Part shown: in pieces, positions 1 to 9,157 of the stretch
How positions within the stretch are numbered: position 1 is the first letter of the stretch
How the letters are laid out: each line of letters opens with the position of its first letter
Assembly: GCA_964640555.1 (NCBI GenBank)
Contig: CAZXHI010000041.1
Coordinates: forward strand, 1-46,023
Length of the DNA stretch: 46,023 bases
Source: an uncultured Thermoplasmatales archaeon
Lineage (GTDB): Archaea; Thermoplasmatota; E2; DHVEG-1
Direction: 5' to 3'
The notes under the pieces: generated by a model
What the model was told of the DNA's origin: nothing
The model's input: the letters and a program-made list of their open reading frames with translations, nothing else
The model's database searches: none
Program-made: the position numbers and the translations under genes

Positions 1-2
1 TA

Positions 3-188
3 TATCGTTCTCTACAAAAATTAACAACCTGTGGGTTATGCACCAAAGAAACAAGTACGATAGAAACTGGAGGGTATTATCATGTATACTCATGTGTCGA
101 TACAAAACAAGTGAAAAAGCGAGTAGAGGCATGTGTGGAGAGATGGTATACATCCATGAAAGAAATGATAGAACTATTTGATAGTTAA
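3..188 (+). CDS. C-terminal fragment of an unidentified protein (gene continues upstream of the window)
   Basis: Frame 3 is open from the window edge to TAA at 186-188 (...TTCGLCTKETST...SCVDTKQVKKRVEACVERWYTSMKEMIELFDS*). It is missing from the ORF track only because it has no start codon. No family recognised. Confidence 0.35.
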   Translation, partial: YRSLQKLTTCGLCTKETSTIETGGYYHVYSCVDTKQVKKRVEACVERWYTSMKEMIELFDS

Positions 189-391
189 ATGGAATTTGAA
201 CAGAGAAATTTAAGCGTGTTGATTTTTGAATCTCTCTAAAGTGATGCATATAATTTAATAGCTTTTCAAAAATGAAATTATTGTCATAATGTGGAATCTT
301 AATGTAGATGATTTTCCATTAAACCTACAAAAATAGGATATTTTATATATTGCTTTTGCATTTGCTATGTTTAAACTAGGAGAGATGTGAT

Positions 392-1036
392 ATGAAAGTT
401 AATAACCCACATGAGTTAGTTGGAAAAGAAGTTGTTGACGTAAATGGAAACACTGTTGGAACGATAGACAAAACATGGAACAGCTGGAATCAAGACTACC
501 CTGGATACTTCTTTGGTATAAAGACCTATGACAATACCAGAGACACGTGGTTCAGAGGAACATGTAAGCTGATACCAATATACAGTGACTACATAAAACA
601 CACCGACGACCGCGTATTTCTAAACAAAACAACGGAAGAATTAGGTCGCTTTTGGAACAAGGCAGTTCATTTCGGCAACTGGACCTGCGCAACAGATGAA
701 TTGGTTGAAAAACCCGTTTATGACAGAAATCATTCCAAAGTTGGAACTTTCTATTCTTGGACAGAGAGTGACGGAACATACAAGAACTATGGGGTATTGT
801 TGGATCCATATTTGTGTGGTGCCTGGAAAATGCCATACAATACATTGTGGCCAATACCGCCTAACTTCCTAACCAATGTAACAGATACCATACAACTTGA
901 CAAAACCTTAGATGAATTAAAAGGATTCTGGGACCAGCAGCAGAACACTCAACAACAGCAGTACAATCAGAGTACTCAACAACAGCAGTACAATCAGAGT
1001 ACTCAACAACCGCAGTACAATCAGAACACTTTCTAG
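392..1036 (+). CDS. Hypothetical protein with two PRC-barrel-like modules and a C-terminal Q/N-rich repeat tail
   Basis: 214-aa ORF. It has an internal duplication: each ~85-aa module starts ELV(G/E)K.V.D...VGT and ends L(N/D)KT.(E/D)EL..FW(N/D). The N-terminal HELVGKEVVDVNGNTVGTID resembles PRC-barrel openings. The tail is QQQQNTQQQQYNQSTQQQQYNQSTQQPQYNQNTF. Confidence 0.55.
   Translation: MKVNNPHELVGKEVVDVNGNTVGTIDKTWNSWNQDYPGYFFGIKTYDNTRDTWFRGTCKLIPIYSDYIKHTDDRVFLNKTTEELGRFWNKAVHFGNWTCATDELVEKPVYDRNHSKVGTFYSWTESDGTYKNYGVLLDPYLCGAWKMPYNTLWPIPPNFLTNVTDTIQLDKTLDELKGFWDQQQNTQQQQYNQSTQQQQYNQSTQQPQYNQNTF
947..1027 (+). repeat. Three tandem 27-bp coding repeats (ACTCAACAACAGCAGTACAATCAGAGT; third copy diverged)
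   Basis: Copies at 947-973 and 974-1000 are identical. Copy 1001-1027 differs at a few positions. Each encodes a TQQQQYNQS unit. Confidence 0.9.
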
Positions 1037-1063
1037 ATAGAAATTAATAAAGTTCTGTATCTG

Positions 1064-1099
1064 GGGAGACTAAAGAGTCTTCCTACTTCTCTATTTTTT
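1064..1099 (+). terminator. Hairpin plus T-tract between convergent genes
   Basis: GGGAGACT (1064-1071) pairs with AGTCTTCC (1076-1083): 7 Watson-Crick pairs plus 1 G-U, with a 4-nt loop. A T6 run follows at 1094-1099. Confidence 0.4.
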
Positions 1100-1240
1100 A
1101 TACTTTATGATCTTAAACAGGGGATTTTTGTTTTATTTAAAGGTTGGATTGTGGATTGATTTGTTTTCCTACCACAAAGGATAGTACTAACTTATTCTTT
1201 GATAGTCATATGCTTGATAAAATATCGAAAAAAGTTCGTC

Positions 1241-3922
1241 TCATAGATCGTATTCTATTTTGTATTCTCCAGGGTCTCCGTCAGTTATCTTGAATTTTTT
1301 CTCCCTACATAATGAAATCATAGGCACATTGTCTTTCAATACGACGCCATCAATTTTCTTTAGGCCTTTGTCTTTGGCAATGTTTATGGTGTGATCAACA
1401 AACTCTGAGCCTAGTCCACGTCGATGCCATTCATCGCTTACTACCATGGCAAATTCTGCCTCGTCGTTTCTCCCAGGAGTTAGAATAATTCTTGTTACGC
1501 CTAGAAATCGTCGTTTGCCATTTTCTTCTATTTCAGCTACGATTCCAATTTCTCTGTCGTAATCAATGTTACAATATCGCGTTCGCATTTCATGCGGTGT
1601 ATCTTTTATAATTCTAAAAAACCGATATCTTACTGTCTCTTCGGAAAAAGTTTTGAACATGTCAAGCCACAGATATTCGTCCTCTGGTTTTATCGGTCTG
1701 AGCAATACCTTGCTCCCATCTTTAAGTTTTACTGTTTTTACATATTTATTTGGATAGGTGCTAATGATAAGATGTTGTGTTTTCTCAGGATGTTTGTCAA
1801 TAACAATTCGCGCATCAACCGCAATAATATCATCACCAGATGCTATCAACGGATTAATGTCAATTTCTTGTATCTCAGGGTGATCTACGATCAATTGTGA
1901 GAAATTGATCATGGTTTCTTCAATTTTCTGAATATTGGCTGGCGGAAGTCCTCTAAATCCTTGCAACAACTTATATGCTTTTGTCCGTTCGATTATTCGA
2001 TGTGCCAATACCTGATTTAACGGCGGGAAACCGATAGCCCTATCTTTTAATAATTCAGTAAACACACCACCCATACCAAATAGAATTATCGAACCGAAAA
2101 CCGGATCCTTTTTAGATCCAAGGATAAGTTCATAACCTTTGTTTTTGATCATTTTCTGGATGGTTACCCCCTTTATTTCTGCATCGGGAACATTTTCTTT
2201 GACCTGTTTCATCATGTTTTTAAAGGCTTTCTTGACTTCATTTTCACATTGTAAATCAAGGGCAACACCACCAACGTCGCTTTTGTGTGTTATCTGAGGA
2301 GAATGTATTTTCATCACTACAGGATAGCCAATTTTTTTAGCAGTTTGTACTGCTTTTACTTCAGATCCTGCAACAATGGGTTTCGTCGATTTAATTCCAT
2401 ACATCTCAATGAACTCCTTAGCTTCATCCTCGTTAAGCAGTGTTCTTCCTTCAATTAACGCATTGTTGAGTATGTTTTTGAGTTTCTCTTGATTGGCGGG
2501 TGAAGGTCTTATGTCAAGCTCTTCTGGTGTTTCATAGTGGATTTCAAGGTTTCTTGCATAATTGTAGAGATATGCATAGGCTTCTACTGCTTCCTCTGGT
2601 GTGGAATATGCAGGAACACCATTTCTGTTTAGAATTCGCCTGGCGTAAAGAACGCTTTCTTCACCTGGAAAAGAAACTAAGATTGGTTTAGTGGATTTTT
2701 TAGACAGGTCAATAATCCTATCAGCAAGTTTTTTTGGATTGGCCATGACCTGAGGAACACATATAATCAACAATCCATCGATGTTTGTGTCCTTAAGACA
2801 TACTTCAATTGCTTTTTGATACCGTTCTTCATCTCCATCTCCGATGATGTCAATGGGGTTTGCTTTACTCCAGTGAGCTGGTAAGAATTCATTCAGTTGT
2901 TTCATGGTTTCATCGGAGAGTTCGGCTACTTTACATCCTTTTTCGACTATGGAATCAGTAGCTAATACACCAGGTCCTCCAGCATTTGTGATAATTGCAA
3001 TGTTTGGTCCTGTTGGTCTGGGTTGTTTTGCAAGAATTGATGAACAATTAAATAAATCACTAATTTCTTTTACTCTTATTGCTCCCGCCCTTTTAAATGC
3101 TGCATCATATATGTAATCTTCGCCTGCCATTGCACCGGTGTGTGATGAAGCGGCTTTTGCTCCCTCCTTAAACCTTCCAGATTTAATTACAATAATGGGC
3201 TTTGATCTTGCAAAACTTCTGGATGCGCTCATAAACTTCCGTGCATTTGTAATTGATTCTACATATAGAACAATGCTACGGGTATGCATATCCATACCAA
3301 AATAATCGATAAGGTCTCCAAAATCGACATCGAGCATTGATCCAACTGAGATAAAAGAGCTGAATCCTACTTTTGCTGCAGCGGCCCAGTCTAATATTGC
3401 ACCACATATTGCTCCACTTTGAGAAAAAAGTGCTATGTTACCCTTCTCAGGTGCCGAACCAGCAAAAGTAGCGTTGAGATTCAAGTATGGGAGGATAAAA
3501 CCAACACAGTTGGGCCCTACGATTCTCAAACCATATTTATCTTTAATTTTCAGTAGTTTTTTTTCTAAAAGTCTTCCCTCTTCCCCTATTTCTTTAAATC
3601 CTGCTGAAACAATTAAAATTCCTTTGATGCCCCTTTTTCCACACCGCTCGACAACATCAATAACTACCTTTGCTGGCGTTGCAATAATAGCAAGATCTAC
3701 GACCTTTGGAATATCATCAACAGAAGCGTATGCTTGTACTCCCTGGATACTTTCCTTTTTTGGATTAACCGGAAAAACTATGCCATCATACCCAGAACCA
3801 ATGAGATTTCTAAAAATTCTATATCCTGCTGAGCCGACCTTATCACTTGCTCCAATAACCGCGATACTTTTCGGCTTAAAAACTTTATCAAGATTTTCGA
3901 TGCCCATACTTCTTTCCCCCAT
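1241..3922 (-). CDS. Pat-type protein: fused ADP-forming acetyl-CoA synthetase (alpha+beta) with a C-terminal GNAT acetyltransferase domain
   Basis: 893 aa. CoA-binding N-terminus KSIAVIGASDKVGSAGY, retained phosphohistidine motif ASSHTGAMAG, ATP-grasp segment GYPVVMKIHSPQITHKSDVGGV. The C-terminal ~190 aa are GNAT, with HRRGLGS (Q/R-x-x-G-x-G/A). Confidence 0.85.
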   Translation of the reverse strand: MGERSMGIENLDKVFKPKSIAVIGASDKVGSAGYRIFRNLIGSGYDGIVFPVNPKKESIQGVQAYASVDDIPKVVDLAIIATPAKVVIDVVERCGKRGIKGILIVSAGFKEIGEEGRLLEKKLLKIKDKYGLRIVGPNCVGFILPYLNLNATFAGSAPEKGNIALFSQSGAICGAILDWAAAAKVGFSSFISVGSMLDVDFGDLIDYFGMDMHTRSIVLYVESITNARKFMSASRSFARSKPIIVIKSGRFKEGAKAASSHTGAMAGEDYIYDAAFKRAGAIRVKEISDLFNCSSILAKQPRPTGPNIAIITNAGGPGVLATDSIVEKGCKVAELSDETMKQLNEFLPAHWSKANPIDIIGDGDEERYQKAIEVCLKDTNIDGLLIICVPQVMANPKKLADRIIDLSKKSTKPILVSFPGEESVLYARRILNRNGVPAYSTPEEAVEAYAYLYNYARNLEIHYETPEELDIRPSPANQEKLKNILNNALIEGRTLLNEDEAKEFIEMYGIKSTKPIVAGSEVKAVQTAKKIGYPVVMKIHSPQITHKSDVGGVALDLQCENEVKKAFKNMMKQVKENVPDAEIKGVTIQKMIKNKGYELILGSKKDPVFGSIILFGMGGVFTELLKDRAIGFPPLNQVLAHRIIERTKAYKLLQGFRGLPPANIQKIEETMINFSQLIVDHPEIQEIDINPLIASGDDIIAVDARIVIDKHPEKTQHLIISTYPNKYVKTVKLKDGSKVLLRPIKPEDEYLWLDMFKTFSEETVRYRFFRIIKDTPHEMRTRYCNIDYDREIGIVAEIEENGKRRFLGVTRIILTPGRNDEAEFAMVVSDEWHRRGLGSEFVDHTINIAKDKGLKKIDGVVLKDNVPMISLCREKKFKITDGDPGEYKIEYDL

Positions 3923-4001
3923 ATAAAGCGGGATGATACCCCCGTAGCTACATTATACTAATAAGCTTATCGACACTGACATCGTGGGTGGGTATATGTC
4001 C

Positions 4002-5036
4002 TTATATTTCCCAATGTGGTTTAAGTACTTTTTTAAGATCAAAAACTAGATTTTTGACCGTTTCAAATTTTTGATGAGGCGTATTATCAATCTCTTTTAA
4101 ATATTCGTCCTTATCGAGAAGGCCGCACATGATATTGTAATATGATGCTACACTTGCTGAACTGTTGTATCCGCCGCCAAAAAGAACAAGTAGTTTGTCA
4201 CAAGTATCATCCGATAATTCTCTCGTCCTTTTAGCTAGATGATAATAAGTCTGATATGTTAAATTTAAATCTGCCAACGGGTCAGAGTGATGTGTATCTA
4301 CACCGGATTGGTAGATAATGATCTCTGGTTTAAATTGTTTGGTAATTGGCGGGATAATTTCGTCAAATGCCTTTAGATAACTTGCACTTCCAGTTCCAGG
4401 GGGTAAAGGCAGATTAACTGTGAACCCCTCTCCTTTATCTCGTCCGATTTTTTCTAGACTTCCAGTTCCAGGGTATAATGTTCTCCCATCTTGATGAAAC
4501 GAGATGTTAAGAACTGTTGGATCATCGTAATAAATTTCTTGTGTACCATTGCCGTGATGCACATCTAAGTCAATTATTAAAAAACGTTTTAGTTTGTGTT
4601 TCTCACGCAGGTATTCAATGGCAACGGCGATGTCATTAAAGAAGCAGAAACCTGACGAATAATTTCTACTGGCATGATGAAAACCGGCGAGAGGATTAAC
4701 CATGCAATTAAAACCCTCAAATAACTTTTCACCTGCAAGTATTGAACCTCCTGTTGCAAGACTTGCATAGTTGTAGATGCCAACTTTTGCAGGTGTATCT
4801 TTGGCAAGCATGCCGCCAGTACGACTCAGTTCCTTTATTCTGCTCACATAGCTTTCACTATGTGCTCGCAAAAGATCCTTTTCTGTTGCTTTATTTGGTG
4901 TAAATAATTCAACATCTTTCATTATGCCTTTTTCTTCAAAAAACTCCATGGTTTTGCCAGGTTTATTCCCCACTAAAGGATGATCTACACCAAGATCGTA
5001 TTTGTTGTAATCTTCATGGTAAACGATTCCGATCAT
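4002..5036 (-). CDS. Histone-deacetylase-family Zn-dependent deacetylase (AcuC / acetylpolyamine amidohydrolase-like)
   Basis: 344 aa. Motifs PLAGFHHA, DLDVHHGNGTQ, SFHQ and FGGGY. It lies 79 nt upstream of the Pat-like gene on the same strand. Confidence 0.85.
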   Translation of the reverse strand: MIGIVYHEDYNKYDLGVDHPLVGNKPGKTMEFFEEKGIMKDVELFTPNKATEKDLLRAHSESYVSRIKELSRTGGMLAKDTPAKVGIYNYASLATGGSILAGEKLFEGFNCMVNPLAGFHHASRNYSSGFCFFNDIAVAIEYLREKHKLKRFLIIDLDVHHGNGTQEIYYDDPTVLNISFHQDGRTLYPGTGSLEKIGRDKGEGFTVNLPLPPGTGSASYLKAFDEIIPPITKQFKPEIIIYQSGVDTHHSDPLADLNLTYQTYYHLAKRTRELSDDTCDKLLVLFGGGYNSSASVASYYNIMCGLLDKDEYLKEIDNTPHQKFETVKNLVFDLKKVLKPHWEI

Positions 5037-5079
5037 GTGACTTCTACATACAAACCTTCAATTTATATCTTATCTTCGA

Positions 5080-5223
5080 ATGGTGTTAACAATTAGAGGT
5101 TCAAGACGAAGGACGACTGTCCCTTCAGAGGTTATCGAAATTCTCAAACTTAAAGACGGCGATAAACTTCGGTTAGTTGTTTTTAACAATGGAACAATAC
5201 GTATTAATAAAATAAAAAAATAA
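5080..5223 (+). CDS. AbrB/SpoVT-fold mini DNA-binding protein (47 aa; below the ORF-track cut-off)
   Basis: Read by hand: MVLTIRGSRRRTTVPSEVIEILKLKDGDKLRLVVFNNGTIRINKIKK*. It matches the looped-hinge-helix pattern R..T(V/I)P.E(V/I)...L.L..GD.L.... Confidence 0.55.
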   Translation: MVLTIRGSRRRTTVPSEVIEILKLKDGDKLRLVVFNNGTIRINKIKK

Positions 5224-5329
5224 ATATTTGAATATTTTTGTTTTCCATCTTATTATGGTGATGATTGAATGTTAAATTCAGTAGATTTTAAATAGGGATA
5301 TGGGATAAGAAAATTGCAAAACTATCAGT

Positions 5330-5908
5330 ATGGTTCCAAAAATATATGACCAACGTCTGTTAATCTGTGAGTGGTTTCTGATGAGTATAGTAGATTTGAC
5401 TTCTATGGGGGAATCTCAGGCTGAACTGAGGACGGAAATTAACGACCGACTATCTCGACTTCAAGATGAGGTTTCAGATTATTGTTTTCAATGTGCTAAG
5501 TGTACATCTGGCTGTGAAGCTCATAAACTTTTGGAATTGGAGCCACATAAGATTGTTGCATTGCTCAAACGTGGACTGATTGATGAGTTGGTCAATTCTG
5601 ATGTTATCTGGACTTGTATGAGCTGTTTTAAATGCAGGGAGCGATGCCCGCAGAAAGTTGCACCTGTTGATATCTTGTTTGCCTTGAAGAACATGGCTGT
5701 TGCAAGTGGCAAGCAGATTCCCGGGAAATATACAGGCATGTTACAATCTATTCTTTCCATTGGATTGATACAAGATGTACAAAGCGTTACAACTCGTGAT
5801 AATAAAACCAACAAAAGAGATGATCTAGGTTTACCTGCAATTTCTAAACCTGTTGATGCTACGAAGTTCCAGATGGTGTTGTCGAAATTAGCTGTTGAGA
5901 AAGTATAG
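5330..5908 (+). CDS. hdrC: Heterodisulfide reductase subunit C
   Basis: Two 4Fe-4S motifs, CFQCAKCTSGCEA and CMSCFKCRERCPQ. Sits immediately upstream of hdrB. The true start may be ATG 5381 (MSIVD...). Confidence 0.8.
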   Translation: MVPKIYDQRLLICEWFLMSIVDLTSMGESQAELRTEINDRLSRLQDEVSDYCFQCAKCTSGCEAHKLLELEPHKIVALLKRGLIDELVNSDVIWTCMSCFKCRERCPQKVAPVDILFALKNMAVASGKQIPGKYTGMLQSILSIGLIQDVQSVTTRDNKTNKRDDLGLPAISKPVDATKFQMVLSKLAVEKV

Positions 5909-5917
5909 AGGGGTCTT

Positions 5918-6787
5918 ATGAAAAAATATGCACTTTATCCCGGTTGTGTGATGCCAACTGAACAGTATGCTTATGAGTTGTCGATAAGGGAGACGTTTCC
6001 ACTTTTGGATATAGAACTTATTGATCTCAAGAGTTTTTCGTGTTGTGGGGAGCCGATGAAAAGTGTAAATCAGCTCATGACTCTGTATCTTTCTGCACGT
6101 AATCTTGCGATTGGTGAGAAGCAAAATCTTGATTTGTTTGTCCCATGTCCAATGTGTCATCTAGCTCTAAGTGAGTGTAAACGCGTTCTCAGCAGTGACT
6201 CCGATATGATGAAGAGAATTAACGACATGCTTGCTACTGAAGATCTATGCTATGAGGGTACTAGTAAAATAGTTCATACGGTTGATCTCTTGCATGATGT
6301 AATTGGCGTAGATGAGATTAAGCAACATGTAAAGAAAGATCTTGGGGACTTGAAGGTTGCAGCACACTATGGTTGTCATTTGATTCGCCCTAGCGAGATA
6401 GGCCGTCCTGTTGATTCTGAAAATCCGCAGAAGATGGAAGAAATCCTTAGTGCACTGGGTACTGAACCAGCAGATTACGCCGAGAAACTTGATTGTTGTG
6501 GTGCACCTATATTAGCTAATCTTCCTGAATCTTCTTTGACTAAAACTGGTCAAAAACTAGTGGCAGTTCAGGATCAAGGTTTTGATGTGCTTGTTGATGT
6601 TTGTCCTTGGTGTCATCGGATGTTTGATTCAAAACAGGTTAAAGCTGGTGAAACAGTTGCGTCCAAGCTAGAGGTTCCGGTAGTATATCTTACTCAATTA
6701 CTTGGACTAGCATTTGGTGTTAAGAAGGAGAAACTTGGGTTAGATTTGAATCTCAGTCCTGTTGATAAATTAAAGATTGGAGATTAA
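5918..6787 (+). CDS. hdrB: Heterodisulfide reductase subunit B
   Basis: Two CCG domains: CCGEP...CPMC and CCGAP...CPWC. 289 aa. Confidence 0.9.
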   Translation: MKKYALYPGCVMPTEQYAYELSIRETFPLLDIELIDLKSFSCCGEPMKSVNQLMTLYLSARNLAIGEKQNLDLFVPCPMCHLALSECKRVLSSDSDMMKRINDMLATEDLCYEGTSKIVHTVDLLHDVIGVDEIKQHVKKDLGDLKVAAHYGCHLIRPSEIGRPVDSENPQKMEEILSALGTEPADYAEKLDCCGAPILANLPESSLTKTGQKLVAVQDQGFDVLVDVCPWCHRMFDSKQVKAGETVASKLEVPVVYLTQLLGLAFGVKKEKLGLDLNLSPVDKLKIGD

Positions 6788-6791
6788 TAAT

Positions 6792-8759
6792 ATGAGTGAT
6801 AGAATCGGTGTGTTTGTTTGTCATTGCGGTATAAATATTGCTGCTACTGTGGATGTTGAAGAGCTCACAAAGTATGCCGCTGATCTTGATAATGTTGTAG
6901 TTAGTAAGGATTACAAATATATGTGCTCCGATCGTGGTGCCAAGCTTATTAAAGAATCTATCAAAGAAAATAAGCTTAATAGTATAGTTGTTGCCTGCTG
7001 TTCTCCACGTATGCATGAGCATACGTTTCGGGGTGTTGTTGAGGATGGCGGTGTTAATGCATTTAATTTAGAAATAGCAAATATCCGTGAGCAGTGTTCT
7101 TGGGTTCACGAAGATAAAGAACGTGCCACTCAGAAGGCAAAAGCATTGGTTCGTGGTGCAGTAGCTAAAGCATGCTTACTGGAGCCTTTAGAGCGATCAA
7201 AAATTTCTGTTACACCAAAGGCGTTGGTTGTTGGTGGCGGCATCTCTGGTATTCAGGCTTCTCTTGATTTGGCAGAAGAGGGTTTTAAGGTTTATCTAGT
7301 TGAAAAATTACCTAGCATTGGCGGTCGGATGGCACAACTTGATAAGACATTTCCAACACTAGATTGTTCTTCTTGTATCCTAACCCCTAAGATGATGGAG
7401 GTTGCGAATCATCAAAATATCGAGTTGCTTACTTATTCTGAAATCGAGAATGTGGAAGGCAATATCGGAGGCTATAAAGTTCAAGTTAAGAGGAAACCAA
7501 GGTATGTTGATTTGGATAAGTGTACTGGTTGTGGCGATTGTGTCAGTGCATGTCGATTGAAAGATCGTATTTCTAGTGAGTTTGATATGGGGATGGGAAA
7601 ACGTAGTGCAATATACATACCGTTTCCACAGGCCATACCTTTGAAATGTACAATTGATCCTGAGCATTGCTTGCTTTTGACGCGAGGAAAATGCGGAACA
7701 GGCCCACTTTGCGTTGAGGCTTGTGAGGCCAACGCTATTGATTTTAAACAGATAGAAGAGAAAATAGAGCTTGATGTTGGGGCAATTATTGTAGCTACTG
7801 GATATGACGTTTTGGATATGTCTACTGTTTATGAATATGGCTATGTGCGCTATGGTGATGTCATTACAACACTTGAGATGGAGCGCTTGATTAGCTCATC
7901 TGGTCCTACTGGCGGTGAAATACTTTGCCCATCTAATCAGGAAAAACCAAAGAGTCTTACTTTTATCTTGTGTGTGGGTTCCCGTGATGAAACGGCATGT
8001 ACATGGTGTTGTCGCATTGGGTGCATGAGTGCTTTGAAACAGGTCTATCTTTTACGTGAGAAACTTGGCGATGATGTGGAAATAAACGTTTGTTATACAG
8101 ATATTCGCTCCTTTGGAAAAGGATATGAGGAGTTTTATCGAAACATCAGGGGGATGAAAACAAACTTTTTCAGAGGGAAACCCTCTGAAGTCAGGAATTC
8201 AAAGGACCATCTCAAGATGGATATTTTTGACACCACAACCAACAAACTGTTTGAGATAAATACAGACATGGTGGTATTGGTTCCTGCTCTAGTACCGCGG
8301 TCTGATGCTGATGAGTTAACTCGTATTATTCACATATCCCAAAGTGGTGATGGTTTCTATCTGGAAGCTCATCCAAAACTTCGCCCTATGGATACGTTTA
8401 CAGATGGGATTTTCATAGCTGGTTGCTGTCAGGGTCCAAAGGACATACAGGACTCTGTAGCACAGGCAAGCGGTGCCGCTGCTCGCGCTGCTAATATTTT
8501 ATCCAAGAAGGAACTTGAGGCTGAGCCACTCATCTCCGTTGTCGATGAGGATTTGTGTTCAGGATGCGGTACTTGTATATCGGTTTGTAGTTTCAATGCA
8601 ATAGAGCTCGTAAAAGAAGATGGAAAGTCACATGCCAAGGTTATTGAGGGGTTGTGTAAGGGCTGTGGTTCATGTGTTGGTGCATGTCCATCTGGTGCAA
8701 TGCAACAACGTGGTTTTAAAGATAAGCAAATCCTCCCTATGGTTGAAGAAACAATTTGA
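6792..8759 (+). CDS. hdrA: Heterodisulfide reductase subunit A (FAD, multiple Fe-S)
   Basis: FAD fold VVGGGISGIQASLDLAEEG. Cys clusters VCHCGINI, CTGCGDCVSAC, CVEACEANAI, CSGCGTCISVC and CKGCGSCVGACP. ATG 6792 follows the hdrB stop by 4 nt (the ORF-track start at 6777 is a TTG inside hdrB). Confidence 0.9.
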   Translation: MSDRIGVFVCHCGINIAATVDVEELTKYAADLDNVVVSKDYKYMCSDRGAKLIKESIKENKLNSIVVACCSPRMHEHTFRGVVEDGGVNAFNLEIANIREQCSWVHEDKERATQKAKALVRGAVAKACLLEPLERSKISVTPKALVVGGGISGIQASLDLAEEGFKVYLVEKLPSIGGRMAQLDKTFPTLDCSSCILTPKMMEVANHQNIELLTYSEIENVEGNIGGYKVQVKRKPRYVDLDKCTGCGDCVSACRLKDRISSEFDMGMGKRSAIYIPFPQAIPLKCTIDPEHCLLLTRGKCGTGPLCVEACEANAIDFKQIEEKIELDVGAIIVATGYDVLDMSTVYEYGYVRYGDVITTLEMERLISSSGPTGGEILCPSNQEKPKSLTFILCVGSRDETACTWCCRIGCMSALKQVYLLREKLGDDVEINVCYTDIRSFGKGYEEFYRNIRGMKTNFFRGKPSEVRNSKDHLKMDIFDTTTNKLFEINTDMVVLVPALVPRSDADELTRIIHISQSGDGFYLEAHPKLRPMDTFTDGIFIAGCCQGPKDIQDSVAQASGAAARAANILSKKELEAEPLISVVDEDLCSGCGTCISVCSFNAIELVKEDGKSHAKVIEGLCKGCGSCVGACPSGAMQQRGFKDKQILPMVEETI

Positions 8760-8813
8760 ATAGATTTTATATATTAGGAAATTGTTAGTATATTTGTAAT
8801 TAGGAGGAAAGGC

Positions 8814-9155
8814 ATGGCATATTGTGCAAAATGTGGAGAAAAAAATGAAGATGATGCAAAATTTTGCAGTAAATGCGGTGGTTCGTTAACCGGTTCAAAA
8901 AAAGACTATGAAAAGGAATGGGAAGATCGTTGTGAGGAAGATTGTGCGGGTGGAAAGCATGGCAAACCTCCTGTCTTTTGGGGAATCATTGTTATTCTTG
9001 TTGGTCTATGGATACTCTTTGAGTTCGTCTTAAAGAACATCGAGGGGTTGAACCTACCAACTTGGATTCAAGATTTTAATTTCTGGTGGGTTTTTGCCCT
9101 GCTTGTCGCAATAGCAATCATCGTTTCTGGTATACGAATTATTGTTCGAAAATAG
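8814..9155 (+). CDS. Zinc-ribbon protein with two C-terminal transmembrane helices
   Basis: N-terminus CAKCGEKNEDDAKFCSKCG (C-x2-C...C-x2-C). Hydrophobic spans VFWGIIVILVGLWILFEFVL and FWWVFALLVAIAIIVSGI. AGGAGG at 8802-8807 and TTTTATATAT at 8765-8774 lie upstream. Confidence 0.6.
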   Translation: MAYCAKCGEKNEDDAKFCSKCGGSLTGSKKDYEKEWEDRCEEDCAGGKHGKPPVFWGIIVILVGLWILFEFVLKNIEGLNLPTWIQDFNFWWVFALLVAIAIIVSGIRIIVRK

Positions 9156-9157
9156 TA

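Noticed and set aside
3435-3926. Long antisense ORFs from the six-frame track that lie inside or opposite confidently assigned genes. Examples: 3435-3926 +, 10808-11248 +, 19580-19969 +, 21246-21617 -, 21841-22272 -, 23756-24115 -, 32891-33259 -, 39598-39999 -, 41619-42074 - and 43579-43950 -.
   Set aside because: They are shadow ORFs opposite genes with strong family signatures. Their translations are low-complexity or Ser/Leu/Phe-rich, without motifs or ribosome-binding sites.
5330-8759. Sulfur-oxidising sHdr-type system (hdrC1B1A order plus a GcvH-like LbpA).
   Set aside because: HdrA here is the long ~655-aa multi-ferredoxin form rather than the short sHdr HdrA. There is no hdrC2B2 pair, and the GcvH gene is 16 kb away on the other strand.
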